64,000 nucleotides of DNA from the human T2T-CHM13v2.0 reference genome, Homo sapiens (GCF_009914755.1 NC_060932.1), one strand, 5' to 3'; positions 1-14,916 are shown, counted from the stretch's first letter. Numbers and translations: made by a program. The notes: generated by a model from the sequence alone, not told the origin.

Positions 1-250
1 TTTGAAGGTTCCTGCATGTTGTAGAATGTATCAGTCCTTCATTCCTCTTTATGGCTAAATAATATTCTATTGTATAGACATACTACATTTTGTTTAACCT
101 CTTGTCCATCAATGGACATTTGGGCTATTTCCACCTTTTAAATGTTATGAATAATCCCTCTGTAAACATTCACGTACAAGTTTGTATGTGGACATAGGCT
201 TTTCTTTCTCTTGGAGATATACTTAGAAGTGGAATTGCTGAGTCATATGG
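1..250 (-). mobile_element. Old L1M (L1MB/MC-like) 3' ORF2/3'UTR fragment, cut by window edge
   Basis: Typical antisense L1 phrases: ttcattcctctttatggctaaataatattctattgtata, ggacatttgggctatttccacc, gtggaattgctgagtcatatg. Confidence 0.7.
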
Positions 251-1133
251 CATCTTTATCTTTATATATTGCCCACTCCTTAATATCCAATATCTCACTC
301 TCCAGCCACACATCAAGCTTACTCATTTTCCTCCTCCCTGTACACCTACTCTTCAAACATATAAAGATTCAATTTCATTTTCTCCCAAATTATATACTCT
401 CTTCTAACTTTATTTTCTTGCCTACATACCCCATGGCTTATTACTTGAATTGCTCACTTGACAACTCTCAAATCACTCGCCTTCTTTTTTTTTTCTGTTG
501 TTGCAAAATATGAAGTCCTAGCTTTGGATTAATCCAAGCATTTTCTGCTTTTAAACAACTTTCTAGTTTGACATCATTGAAAAATCCCTAGTTTCTAACC
601 TCAGCTGGACTTTTGGCACTGTTTGTCTCTAAAAAAACTGCATGAAAAGACCCCTAGCTCACCATTATCTTCACCACCAACCTAGCATCACCATTGACTG
701 TTAACATAAGAAAGTACTTTCTGTTGTATTTGAGCCATTTTATATTTGAGGTCTACTTGTTATAGAAATTTTCTTAACTGAAATTACACGGGGCTTTCTT
801 TTTAAAAGATCTTTCTTTTTTACTTGAAATGTGAATTGTAAGTTATTTTTAAAATAATAAATTGCATGATTCTTAGAATTAATGTCATAGGTTGTTCTCT
901 GATGATCCTATATAAATTAGTAGATATGACAACTCTAGTGATAATTAGATGTTATTAGTCTACATGCCACTCTTAGAACAGTATTTCTCCTTCCTGTTGG
1001 TATCATAGAAGCTATAGTTTTCGATTCCAGGGAAATGCACAATATGCACACATACACATGTGAAACATTCAAACTAAGAAAAATAGCAAGTTGATGAGCA
1101 GAATTATCTGAGTAGCTATTAAAAGAGATCTAG

Positions 1134-1153
1134 GGAAGACGCTGTCTCAAAAA
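1134..1153 (+). mobile_element. Extremely 5'-truncated Alu (15 nt plus short A tail)
   Basis: ggaagacgctgtctc+A resembles the Alu 3' terminus; perfect 13-bp TSD aaaagagatctag at 1121-1133 and 1154-1166, preceded by TT (TT/AAAA L1 endonuclease site). Confidence 0.7.
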
Positions 1154-1609
1154 AAAAGAGATCTAGATGCTGGACAAATGTTTTCATTGTTTTAAGTACT
1201 TGACAATTAAATAATCTTGGAATTTTAAGCCTTGAAAAACTTTCACCACACCTCTATTTACCATATACACAGTTTGTTGTGCAGGTAGGTCACACTAGTG
1301 GGCTGTATGAGTAGAATCTTGGGTTACTTTTCTAAAAGAAATGATAAATTTACCTTGATATCACTTTCATTACAAACAGGGACATAGATTTGTAGATGGC
1401 CTTATTGCAGCTTAGGCCAATTTCTTTCTATAAATGTAATATTATGCTCCACTATAGATGCCTTTTGGTCAGATTGTTTCAAACTATTCCTCAAAAGACA
1501 AACGTTTAACTTTATAAAATAGAAAAGGAACACCAGCAATTTATTAAAAGCCCCTTTGGCCTTCTGCTTATTTTCTTTAAAGTGTTACTTTAGAAGGCAG
1601 GATCATGTA

Positions 1610-1790
1610 GGTGAAAATATACTGACCTGAATGTCATAAAATTGTGGGTTCATACCCTGGCTCTGCTACTTATTATGTATGGACTCCTGAGTGAACTACT
1701 GATCACCTTAAATCTTAGTCTTTTCTCAATCACAAAATAAAAACTTCTTAGGGTACTGATGAGGACGTAATATGTATAAAGTGCATGGGA
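1610..1790 (+). mobile_element. MIR SINE
   Basis: Decayed MIR core: gggttcataccctggctctgctactta...cttagtcttttctcaatcacaaaataa. Confidence 0.55.
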
Positions 1791-4029
1791 TGAAGTTTCT
1801 TCTTGTTCCTTTATTTCCTTTGGGTCTAACCTGATTTCTTCTTCATTGGATTAACATGATTTCTCAATGACTTGCATATCAAATCAACTTGGTAACATTT
1901 TCATGTGCTCCAGATAGAATATCACTTAGAACATTTGTCCTTTGGATCTGGTTCATGCATTATTTAAAACCCAAGCATAATTTGTTGATGAGATTAAATG
2001 TGTAGATTCTAAATATTAAAATATTAAAATTCATTTTCTATCAAAGGTAGTCTGACTCTGAAATTGTTTCTTAGTATTGACAGAAAGACACTAAGTCATA
2101 CTCACCCCTCTGAGACCAGTAGGAACAGTGTCACCAGTCTGGGGTAAGGGTGTCCTTAGATCTCTGTAGCTGCAGGTCAATACAACTTCAATACAGTACA
2201 GTATAATACAATACAATAAGACATGATATAATAAAAATTCAGTAGAGGAGGAATGTTTTGAATAGCATTTACTCAAAGCAATATATGTGAGTCTACCACT
2301 CACATCCACTTTCTTATTTTCCCTTCAGTTCTCAATTCCCTGTAAAATGATTTTGGTACTCTCTACTTTATTGAGACCATTTCAAAAAGTAGCACATAAT
2401 CTCCAAACTGGTAAATATTAGGAGCATCTTTCAGCCCTGTACTCACCTGCTGAATTTCATGCTACATATAATACCTGAATTTTTCTATCATGATTTTCAT
2501 AAACTACTCTGGTTTTTACTATCTCTTTAACTGATCTCTGTTGCTCTGTTTAGGAATCTCTCCCCCTGTGCTTATCTTCTTTTCATTACCTTTCCACCAG
2601 GTTTCATTTTCAGCCCACCATTCTTTTCAATATGTGTGCTCTTTCTTGAGATGGCCCCAATTTTAACCATGGTCTATGGGACTACTTTATTGATGTATCC
2701 AGTCCCACCTCTCTACTAAGCTTAATAAATGTTTGTGAATGGATCATAATTGTATACCTCCACCTAGGATGTATGATTGGGGCCTTTTAGTGCAGAAACA
2801 GTCCATTTAGTGCAGAAACTATGTTTGTGCACAGTTCAGAACATTCAGAGCACTACTCCTGACACACTGTTGTGGCAGACCCTGTTACTGGTCTCCTTCA
2901 TCTCTCTTTCTTCACGCATCTTACTACAGAAAGTTCATTTCATTTGGGGTGTCAAAATATCAAAACTTGGCCAATATGAGATAACTGAACTATCCCACAG
3001 ATTCTAGAAAGCTTTACCTTGTTGATATAGGCATTACACCTGTTTCTGTTCTTTTTTCCTGGAATGAAAGCCAGGGGAGCAAGGGTCATGGTGATACAAT
3101 GAAGTGACTATAAGGATGCAAGCCATGCATCAAGGGACAGAGCATCCTGGCCCATTGATGGAGCTTCTGCATCAGCCCTGTACTCCCATATTAGATAGAA
3201 TTAATTTCAGCTTTGGGAAAAATAAAATCAAAATAATAGTGAAATAACAAAATAAAAGCTGATTTCTCTTTTATGTTAATGAAGTCTAGGAATGAACAGT
3301 CCAGGACTGGCAGGGCAACTCCTGTCATTAGGCACTCAGACTCCTTGAATTTTGTTGTATAGTCACATAATCTAGCCATTATATCTACAATTTAATTCAT
3401 GACCAAGAAAGGACAAAAGAAGGATATAATGTTTTCCTTTAAAAATACTTTCTGAAGTCACATAGGGCATTTCCATTTACATCTTTCAGCCAGAAATTAG
3501 TCATACAGTCATACTTAACTGTAAGGTAGACATGTGTTCAGTTAAAAATAATGAATGTTATTACAAAGAAAGAAGGCAAGAAAATTGGGGGCCATAATTA
3601 GTTATCTCTGCCCCCAACTGCATATCTTTGACTTTTTGATAAATAAATAAATAACAATTACTCCTCATTTGACTAAACTTTTTAAGATTCCTTTACATGC
3701 AGCCAAATGCAATCCTTAATTAATTCAGAATCTGAATCCTAGAATAGATACTGAAAGTAACACAAGATAAAATGTGGGATTGACTGAAGGAAGAAAGTGG
3801 GGGCACTGGGCAATACAGTCTCATGGTGCATTCTGGAAAATTTGTGATAACGCTTCTGTAGAATTAGGTAAAACTGTCGTGTGCTGTATTTTAGGAGGCA
3901 GACCATATGTCTCCCTTGGCTTTACTGTTAGGAAAAAGTGGTAGGACAGTTCAGACCCTTGGGGTGTGTGGGTTACTTTATCGTTACTCTCATCAGGCCA
4001 TTTTATAAGCAAAGAGGGAAGAGTTGTTT

Positions 4030-4970
4030 TAATCATTTATTGCAGTGTAATAAATCACTCCAAAACTAAGTAGTTCAAAACAGCAATTGCTATCTGTTGT
4101 AGTTCTTGTGGGTTGACTGGGCTTGGGTGAGTGATTTTCTCATAGGATTCCTCATGTGATTTTATGTCAGAAGATGAATAAGGCTGAAGTTTTGACTGGT
4201 CTGGAAGTCCAAGAGGGCTTTTTCTTTTCCATATCTGGTGCTTTAGCTAGGGTGACTTGGCTAGCTTGGGGACTGGGAGCCTCTCTCTTCAGGTAGCTTC
4301 TCCTTGTGGTTTTTGGGGTGATCAGACCCAACACCAGGTCATGGGGGCAACGAAGTCCGGCGGAGTCAAAGGATTGAGAAAAAGACAATTTGAGAGAGAG
4401 AAGTGGGACCGGGGGCCATCGCAATCGTGGAGGCTGTGAAGGCCCCGAGCTCTGGGAGCCCACACTATTTATTGGTAATCCAACAGAGAAACAGGTGGTG
4501 AGAATGTGGGGGTCAAAAGGGCAGGTGCATGATCTACAGCTGTGATGGTTTAGCATTTATAAGGTACATGTTCTGCTACTTGACATAATGGAACTACAAT
4601 CCATCTAGGAGCCTAGGAAGACTAGAAGCAAACAGCCAGCAAGTCTAGACACATTCCAGAGGACATTATGTCAGACATGCAAGCCCTGCCTCAGCTTTCT
4701 TCCCAACACTCAGCTTTTTCCCAACAGTGGCTAACATGGGGTTTCTCACAGCATGATCATCTCAGGGTAGTCATGCTTCACCCATAATCGTTGACCCACA
4801 TATAAAGTATATGAGACACCCAGCTGGAAGCTACTAGGCTTCTAATGACCTAACCTTCAAAGACATGCAGCATCACTTCTGTCCCGTTCTATGGTCAAAA
4901 GTGAGTTAACTAAGTTAACCTAGATTCAAAGAACAGGAGCTGTACAAGTTCGTGAATACCAGAAAGGGTG
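4030..4970 (-). mobile_element. MLT1-type MaLR LTR, interrupted by LTR3
   Basis: ttattgcagtgtaataaatcactccaaaactaagtag and cagcatcacttctgtcccgttctatggtcaaaag are MLT1-like; sequence resumes across the nested LTR. Confidence 0.55.
4311..4726 (-). mobile_element. Solo LTR, LTR3-like (HERV-K HML-6)
   Basis: Minus strand begins tgttgggaaaaagctgagtgttgggaagaaagctgaggcaggg and ends ...tctgatcacccca; ~416 bp; flanks gtggt(t)/gtggc(t) look like a TSD with one mismatch. Confidence 0.75.
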
Positions 4971-4975
4971 ATTTA

Positions 4976-5206
4976 CAGGCATACCTCGTTTCATTGCACT
5001 TTGCTTTATAGTGCTTCACAGATACTACATTTTTCACAAATTGAAGGTTTGTGGTAAACCTTGTGTCAAGTAAGTCTGTTGGTGCCATTTTTCCACCACC
5101 GTGTGCTCACTTCATGTTTCTGTGTCACATTTTTGCAATTTTCACAATATTTGAAACTTTCCCATTATTATTACATCTGTTACAGTGATCTGTGATCACT
5201 GATCTT
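4976..5206 (+). mobile_element. Tigger1 DNA transposon, 5' end fragment
   Basis: TA followed by caggcatacctcgtttcattgcactttgctttat...aaattgaaggtttgtgg, matching the Tigger1 left end. Confidence 0.85.
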
Positions 5207-5229
5207 GCTGTACAGATCAGAAGGCTCTC

Positions 5230-5900
5230 GCTGCTGGGAAGGGGGTAAAATGTTATTAAAATCTCTGGTAACTAATTTGGCACTGTTTTATAAAGCTGAA
5301 CATGTGTCTACCCTAAAAACCAATAAGTTCTTGTCTATGATTTGAAGAAACTTGCACATGTGCACCTAAAACTATGTGCAAAATAGTTCACAGTGTCATT
5401 GTTTGTATTGGAAGAAAAGCTGGAAATGACCCAAATATCATCAAAAGAAGAATGAATACATAAATTCCTAAATACTTAATAAACAGTGAAAATTGCCCAT
5501 CAGTGAAAGTCAATGAATTACAGCTATGTGAAACAATATAGATAATATCTTATAAAATTGAATTTTTTTTAAAGCATGTTGCTGAAGACTTCGTACTGTC
5601 TGATATTTTTATAATACAAAAAAGCAAAATTATACAATATATTGTTTAGGTATACCTACCTATGTGAGAAAACTACTTTAAAAAAATCAGTGACATCATG
5701 AACATGAAATTCAGGTGGCTGCTAATCTTTGCAGAGGAGAGAAAAGGGATGGGAATGGGCATGAACACGTAGGTGATTTTAATATAAAAGTAAGATTCAA
5801 ATTCTTAGGTTGAGTGGTTTAGGTTTATGCTTTAAATTCACACACATGTCACAATTCTTTTGTATGTATAAAGCATTACATAGTAAAACACTTTTAAATT
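5230..5900 (+). mobile_element. Old L1M (L1ME/MC-like) 3' region
   Basis: Decayed L1 3' phrases: gaaacttgcacatgtgcacc, ctggaaatgacccaaatatcatca, aatgaattacagcta. Confidence 0.6.
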
Positions 5901-6360
5901 AATAAACTTTATGTACTGATATGAAATGCTATTTAAAAATAGATCATCAAGTAAGAAGCTATAGAGGTTTATTTGGGACAGCCATGGTTTACACCTGGCA
6001 TAATTGCTAATTGCTTCATTTTCCTCCCTCAGATCAGCCCAACTGAAATGTAAATTATATGTTTACCCTATTTTTAAGTAAAAAAATTACAAGATGTAGA
6101 ATGATGTTTATATTATGCTTCAGCTCATGTAATATGACCTAATCAAAAATATACAAATTTAACTTTAGGAAACAAATAAGAACATTAGTTATAGCTAACA
6201 TTTTGAAGAAGAGGACATGTGGAAACTACTTGGGAAACAAGGATACCTTACTAATGGATAACAGTTAATGTCTGTGGAGCAGGAATTGGGAGATTGGGAG
6301 ACAGGAGCAAGAGACTTACCTTTCTCAGTAGATCGCTTTGGCCTACTAGAATTTTGTGCC

Positions 6361-6825
6361 CTTATTCACAATAGCAAACACATGGAATCAACCTAAATGC
6401 CCATCATTGACAGATTGGATAAAGAAAATATGGTACAAATATACCATGAAATACTATGCAGCCATAAAAACGAATGAGATCATGTCTTTTGTGGGAACAT
6501 GGATGGAGTTACAGGCTATTATCCTTAGCAAACTAATGCAGGAACAGAAAACTAAATACTGCATGTTCTCCCTTCTAAGTGGGACCTGAATAATGAGAAA
6601 TCACAAACACAAAGAAGGGAGCAACAGACACTGGGGTCGGGTTGAGGGTGGGAGGAGGGAGAGGAGCAGAAAAAAAATAACTATTGGGTACGAGGCTTAG
6701 TACCTGGGTAATAAGATAATCTGTACAACGAACGCCTGTGACATGAGTTTACTTATACAATGAATCTTCACATGTACCCCCGAAACTAAAAGTAAAAACA
6801 AAAAACAATTTCACAGCACATAAAT
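6361..6825 (+). mobile_element. 5'-truncated L1PA (about L1PA15/16) 3' end inserted into an older L1M tail
   Basis: ORF2 C-terminus (LFTIANTWNQPKCPS...WIKKIWY), 3'UTR and A tail; 11-bp TSD aattttgtgcc at 6350-6360 and 6826-6836. Confidence 0.85.
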
Positions 6826-8682
6826 AATTTTGTGCCTTATGCATGTATTACCTATTTGGATAAGCAATTTAAAACAAAATTCATTTTTAATGCAATGTGA
6901 TCCATGCTATGATAGCTATTACCACACTATCTTTCATTTATTAGATTCCTGTTTTATACGAAGCATAGTTCTCAACACTGTGGCTACATTAGATTCTGAC
7001 AGCGAATCTAAGACATAAGTAGCACTACTACTAGCTGTGTGACTCTGAAAAGTTGCCTCATTTCTTCTGTGAAACTATTCTTATTCTATCCTATTTATAC
7101 TATTCTTTTTCCTGCCCATTCTGTGATGTCACATATGTTAACTGTTAAGTATTTGCTAAGGCAGTAACTATAGTAGAAAGTGTTCTGGATTCAAAGTCCT
7201 GAGCTCTCTTGCTCAGCTACTTACCATCTATATACACCTGAGCAAGCTGCTTTGGCTCTCTGAGAAAGCCTGGATTTTTCACTATAAAACAGACACAACA
7301 AGCCTTCTGATTTTAGAGACTTCCGTGTGAATCAAATGAAGGCATAAAGTGGAAGTGGGTTAGAAACCAGAAGGCATCATGCAAATATGAGTTACTATTA
7401 TTAATGACCGAGTGTAACATTTCAATCAGGAAAGCCGTAAATCAATAGAGATGTTGTAACTGAAAACAACTTGAAGACGATTTTTTTGCATTCAGCACAA
7501 GTGGCATTTCCTCCTTGCTTGTTGCTTTATATAGTCGATAGTTTTATGCATTGCAACAGCCTTGAAACAGATCAGCAAGAACATAATGAACATACTTTAA
7601 GCAGAAAATGTTAAATGATCTATGTCTCTTGTTACAGGCTAAGCCTCAATTAATCCAGGAGGTGGTTTTTCTCAGTTGAAACAAAAGCAAAAAACCTGAT
7701 GTTGTTTACTGTACGTAAATAAATTCAAAATTTGGTGATAAAATGGTAATATAAGTCGAATTTGTGGCCTTTTCTCTTAAGAAAGTACACTGACAATATT
7801 CCCACTGAATTTATTTAGCTCAACTCTCTCTTTTGTATAATTTGAAAGCTGCTTCTTCTCCTTCTTGCAGCAAAACAACTTTGTGAAATACTGTATTACA
7901 ACAACAGAAAAAGGCCTTACCAGAAATTAAACAGAAAAAAGGTGGAAGAATTTGATTTTATTGATTAGAAAAAAATAGCATCACTTTAAAATATATGCAA
8001 AGTGTTCTAGAACTAAAAATCTTTCAATTCCATATCTATAATGATGGAATGCTTGAAAGGAGGTAAGAGGAAAAATATATAGCTTTCTTGTTTTTATAGC
8101 ATTGTAAAGTTACCTGGCAGACTTGTCTATGGTTTGTCGTATTTTAGATTTTCTTGGCTCTTATGATAGCAGAAACCCAGGAAAATCTTCTAGAGAATTT
8201 TGTCTAACTGGTGATTTTTAAAAATCAATTTATAATATCAATAGGCTCAGCCAGCTCAGTTTATTTTTGCACAAAGTTTTATTTTTCTCTCAATAGTGTC
8301 CCATCCTCCCCCTCTCCTCCACAGCCTCTCACCTCCCTCCAGGGGCACTCTGCTGAGTAGCTTTCCAAGGGGAGAAAGAATGTTTGAAAATGTGGGGGAA
8401 GATGTGAACTGCAGCCCACATGAAAATCTTTATTTAGACAGTTTTTACCTAGGGATTTAAAAAATGGCAACCAAGGTACTCAATCCTATTTTCTTAGCTG
8501 AAGCAAGAGAATAAAAGAAGGAGGTGGGCAATGTTTAGTGCACCTGCGCCCTGGGAGGTGTGCAACATTTCCTCTTATTTTACACTTTATGATTTTACTG
8601 TTATCCTATATTCAGGGCTCACAGCATCAACTACAAGAGCTTGCCGGGTGGCAAATTCTGAGTGTGGGTTTTGGTGTCGATC

Positions 8683-8690
8683 TGACGTCA
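8683..8690. promoter_or_regulatory. Full palindromic CRE (TGACGTCA) in apparently unique sequence
   Basis: Exact motif with intact CpG and several neighbouring CpGs; function not demonstrated. Confidence 0.35.
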
Positions 8691-8821
8691 CTTCAGATTC
8701 AGATCGAGTATTTTTAGGCCAGATAATTGGACTAATGACCAGAAATGACCAGAATTTTCCCTACTCAAAATAACCAAAACAAAACAAGACAAAATTTCAA
8801 ATAATAATGGTAACAACCAAA

Positions 8822-9502
8822 ATGAGTAACTGAGAAAAAAGTCTCAATCATCAAGGTTTATTAAGCTAGCTTAAGGGTGCCTCCGGGAAAAACACAAGAC
8901 ACAGGCACTTCTGTGGCTGTTTTTACTAAGAGATTTTTAGGAGGTTTAGTATTTATACATTTCCTTAAAGGGGGAAAGGCAGGTATGAAGAAGGGCAGGT
9001 AGGGTGGTAAAGTGAATAGTTACATTCCTATGAGACACATTAGTGCATAGTAAATCTACATTTTACGTAAGAGAAGGTGAATATTTGAAGACAAAAGGGA
9101 GTGAAAGGAAAAGTCAATTATGCAGATGTCTCTGGGCAAGGTGGAGGACTTAAGTCTTGTCTTTGTTTTACACCTGGGAAGAAAAGCTTGTAATTGACAT
9201 TATCAGGGTGGAAATGAACAGGCTTTAGTTTTAGGAGCTAGACTTAGATTGTAGACCTAAAGTTACAATTGGCATGCCCTTGTTTATGGGAGTACAGCAA
9301 AGAATTTACTTATGAGTGATCTGTGGAGGAACCCTTTGTAGATGTCTGAGGCCTTCTACACTTCCCTGGGAATCTGGCTGATGGATAATGTTGCTAACAG
9401 CTATTCATTGGAAAAAGGGTGTTGCATGACTCAGCCTCCCAGCTTAATCTTCCATTTTGCATAAGAAATTTGGGGGACCTGAGATTTTTTATTTTCCTTT
9501 AT
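8822..9502 (-). mobile_element. MER4-group ERV1 solo LTR (MER39-like)
   Basis: Minus strand starts aaaggaaaataaaaaatctcaggtcccccaaa...ttaagctgggaggctgagtcatgcaa; ~680 bp. Confidence 0.6.
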
Positions 9503-9724
9503 GATAGTAACCACATTTAGAGCAAAAGGGCCTAAACGTATGTTTACTATAATGGAAAGATATTCCATTTGAAGTCATAAGATCTGCATTTAGTTTTCTA
9601 GGATAAGCACTCACAAGCAAGGTAAACTTAAACTCTTCAGCCTCTTTCTTCCTCTGTTTAGTTGGGGGGACCACTCTCCTAATTTCCCCATAGGTTCCTG
9701 TGCAGATCAAACAGTGGTAATTCT

Positions 9725-10057
9725 CAGTGGTTAGCAAACTTTTTCCATGAAAGGCCAGAGTAAATATGCAGGCCTTGCTGGTAATTATGGTCTCTGTTGT
9801 AACTACTTAACTCTGCTGTTGGAGGGCAAAAGCAGCCATAGACAATACATGAACAAGTGTGTCAGTGTCCAATAAAACTTTACTTATGAACACTAGCATT
9901 TTAATTTTATACATATTTTATATTTCAAAAAAAGCTATTTTTTCTCTTGATTTTTCCCCTAAGCATTTACATATGTAAAAGTCATTTTTAGCTCCTGGTC
10001 ATACAGAAACAGGTGCTGGGCTGGATTTGTCCCACGGGTTGTAATTTGCTGACTCTG
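9725..10057 (+). mobile_element. MER58B-like hAT-Charlie MITE
   Basis: cagtggttagcaaact...aaagcagccatagacaata...ccaataaaactttac...atttgctgactctg with terminal inverted repeats. Confidence 0.75.
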
Positions 10058-10174
10058 GTGTATATTAAAGCACTTAATAAACGTACATATATGTAAGTAG
10101 TTGCTAAGTTGTGTAAAATCATAGTGGAATATCTAAGGTCCATTTTAATTCCATATTGACATCCTTTGTCACTC

Positions 10175-10631
10175 TAAGGGAGGAGACACCCCTCATATCG
10201 TCTTATGCCCAATTTCTGCCTCCAAAGAAAGAAGAAGTAAAAACTAAAAGGCAGAAATGAAATCCACAGGCAGACAGCCCAGCGCCGCACCCTGGGCCTG
10301 GTAGTTAAAGATCGACCCCTGACCTAATCAGTTATGTTATCTATAGATTACAGACATTGTATTAAAATGCACTGTGAAAATCCCTATCTTGTTGTGTTCT
10401 GATCTAATTACCGGTGCATACAGTCCCCAGTCATGTACCCGCTGTTTGCTGAATCAGGACCCTCTCACACGCACCCCCTTAGAGTTGTGAGCCCTTAAAA
10501 GGGACAGGAATTGCTCACTCGGGGAGCTTGGCTCTTGAGACAGGAGTCTTGCTGATGCCCCCAGCTGAATAAACCTCTTCCTTCTTTAACTCCCTGTCTG
10601 AGGAGTTTTGTCTGCGGCTCGTCCTGCTTCA
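10175..10631 (+). mobile_element. HERV-E solo LTR (LTR2)
   Basis: Starts taagggaggagacacccctcatatcgtcttatgcccaatttctgcc, ends gaggagttttgtctgcggctcgtcctgcttca; AATAAA at 10568-10573; perfect 4-bp TSD actc (10171-10174, 10632-10635). Confidence 0.9.
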
Positions 10632-11011
10632 ACTCCAAACTTGATGAGATTCCTGCTTGCCATGTCTGCAACATTTCAATGTTGTCCCAAGGAAAATCAT
10701 TTAAGAGGGGAGGCTATTTTGACTGAAAGAGTTCCAGTTGCATTTCCCATCCAGAGAGATAAATGGTTGTAGAATCACTCAGCATTTGAAATTACATGAA
10801 CTATTGACTTGTCTCAAAAGCATGAAGCATCTTGGTTTTCCCTAGGCAATGCAGACACCCCTTTTATATCTTGTATGTGCACCATCACAGAACCTCTCAC
10901 ACTGAGCTGTGATTGTCTGCTTAGGTTTTGGCATCTCAATAAATTATGAGCTTCACAAAGGTAGAGATTAAGTACTAGTACCTCCTGGCAATGGTATTTG
11001 TTTATTTATGC

Positions 11012-11815
11012 CTGTGATATTATAATTTATAATAAAAATATATATTTGGTCTTCATCTAGTTACTGACACAGAGCTCCTAAAACCCTTGGAATTTCCAAA
11101 GTGGTGTCTTTTATGTGCTTATAAGATGACTGGTGGCTAGGGACTCCTAAATAGCCTCAGGATGGGGGCTGGTTGCCAGGGGAACAAACCATGTGATCAG
11201 AGGGTTGGAACTTTCACCACTGGGGAGTGGAGAGGGTCTGGAGGTTGAGACCATAACTAATGGTCAATGATTTAATCAATTGTGCCTTCACAATGAAATC
11301 TCAAAAGGACAAGGTTCAGAGAGCATCCAGGCTGTTGAGCACCTGGAGGTGATGGGAAGGTGGCAAGTCTGGAGAGGGCATAGAAGTCCCACGTCCCTTT
11401 CCTCATGCCTTGCCCTATACCTCTCTTCCATCTGGTTGTTCCTGATTTATATCTTTCTATAATAAACTGCCAATCTAGTAAGTAAATTGTCTTGAGTTCT
11501 ATGAGCCATTCTAGCAAATTATCGAGTCTCAGTACGAGGTCAGGGGAATCTTGAATTGATAGCCACACAGTCAGGAGCACATGTCACAGCCTGGACTTGT
11601 GATTGGTGCCTGAAGTGGACACAGTCTTGTGGGACTGAGCCCTCAACCTGTTGGGATCTGATGCTATCTCTAGTTAGATAGTGTCCAAATTGAGTCAAAT
11701 TTTGGGACACCCAGCTGATGTCAGGGAATTGGCCTGTGTGTGTGTGTGTGGAACCCACACATCTGGTGCCAGAAGTGTTTTGTGTGAGCATATAGTGAAA
11801 CAAATAAGAGTTTTC
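11012..11815 (+). mobile_element. MER21-family solo LTR
   Basis: tgtgatattataatttataataaaaatatatatttggtcttc...gagctcctaaaacccttggaatttcc...ggatgggggctggttgccagggg are characteristic of MER21. Confidence 0.8.
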
Positions 11816-12037
11816 TATACAATGTTCCTTTCTAGCTAATGAAGGATTTACAGAGCTGACAAGAATACAGAAAAAAAAGCAGATAAACTAGATGGAGGAG
11901 TCAGGGTAAAGGTGAAATGTGGGAGTTAAAATGATAAAGCTAAGGGTAAGAGTATCACAGAGAAGTATGTACCACTTGATCCTGCATGTGGCCAGCCTAC
12001 TTGCTCTATGATCTCCAGCAGCAGAAGCACACTTCTC

Positions 12038-14242
<2,205 letters not shown>

Positions 14243-14916
14243 AGAAGCACACTTCTCAATGTGGGGCTACATCACATGTGCCCATGATCTGAAGACACAC
14301 TTGGAGTACCTTGACTGCTCTCCAGACATTATTAGAAAAATGATGTCAGATTAGTAACCACAGATACCTATATTCTCTGGCCTTGCAAGATGATGTCTTG
14401 GTCTAGAGCTGAAAAGTAGGTAGTCTGTCTTCAAAGTCTCCCTGCTTCTCCTTTCATGACCTCTCCTCTGCTCAGGTTTCCAGCCTGTGCCACACCTCAC
14501 AGGACTCTGATCCTAGCTCTCTGTTCGCTAATTACTACTGGTATCTGTTAACTCATGATCCTTTTCAGCAGCATTTTCAAAATCCTAAACTGCTCCAAGG
14601 GAAATGAAAAGGCTTCATGGCAAAACAAGTTTGAAAACTTTGAAAATCCAGGTCTCACTCTGAGAATCAAAATAGATACCTACACAGATGCATAAAGCCT
14701 CTGAACATTCCACAGTAAAGTGACTTGTGTAAACATTGTTTCACCCAGCATTGCTCAAACATATTTAATTATGGAAATTCATTTTAGATAACACCTATTA
14801 ACATCTTATGGATTAGTTTTCTCCATATTCTAACTCACTTCAATTGAGCAAACACATTTACAGAAACTACTTGTTGCATCAAGGAACTCATAAGTGAGAG
14901 CAGTGATTCCTCCCTT

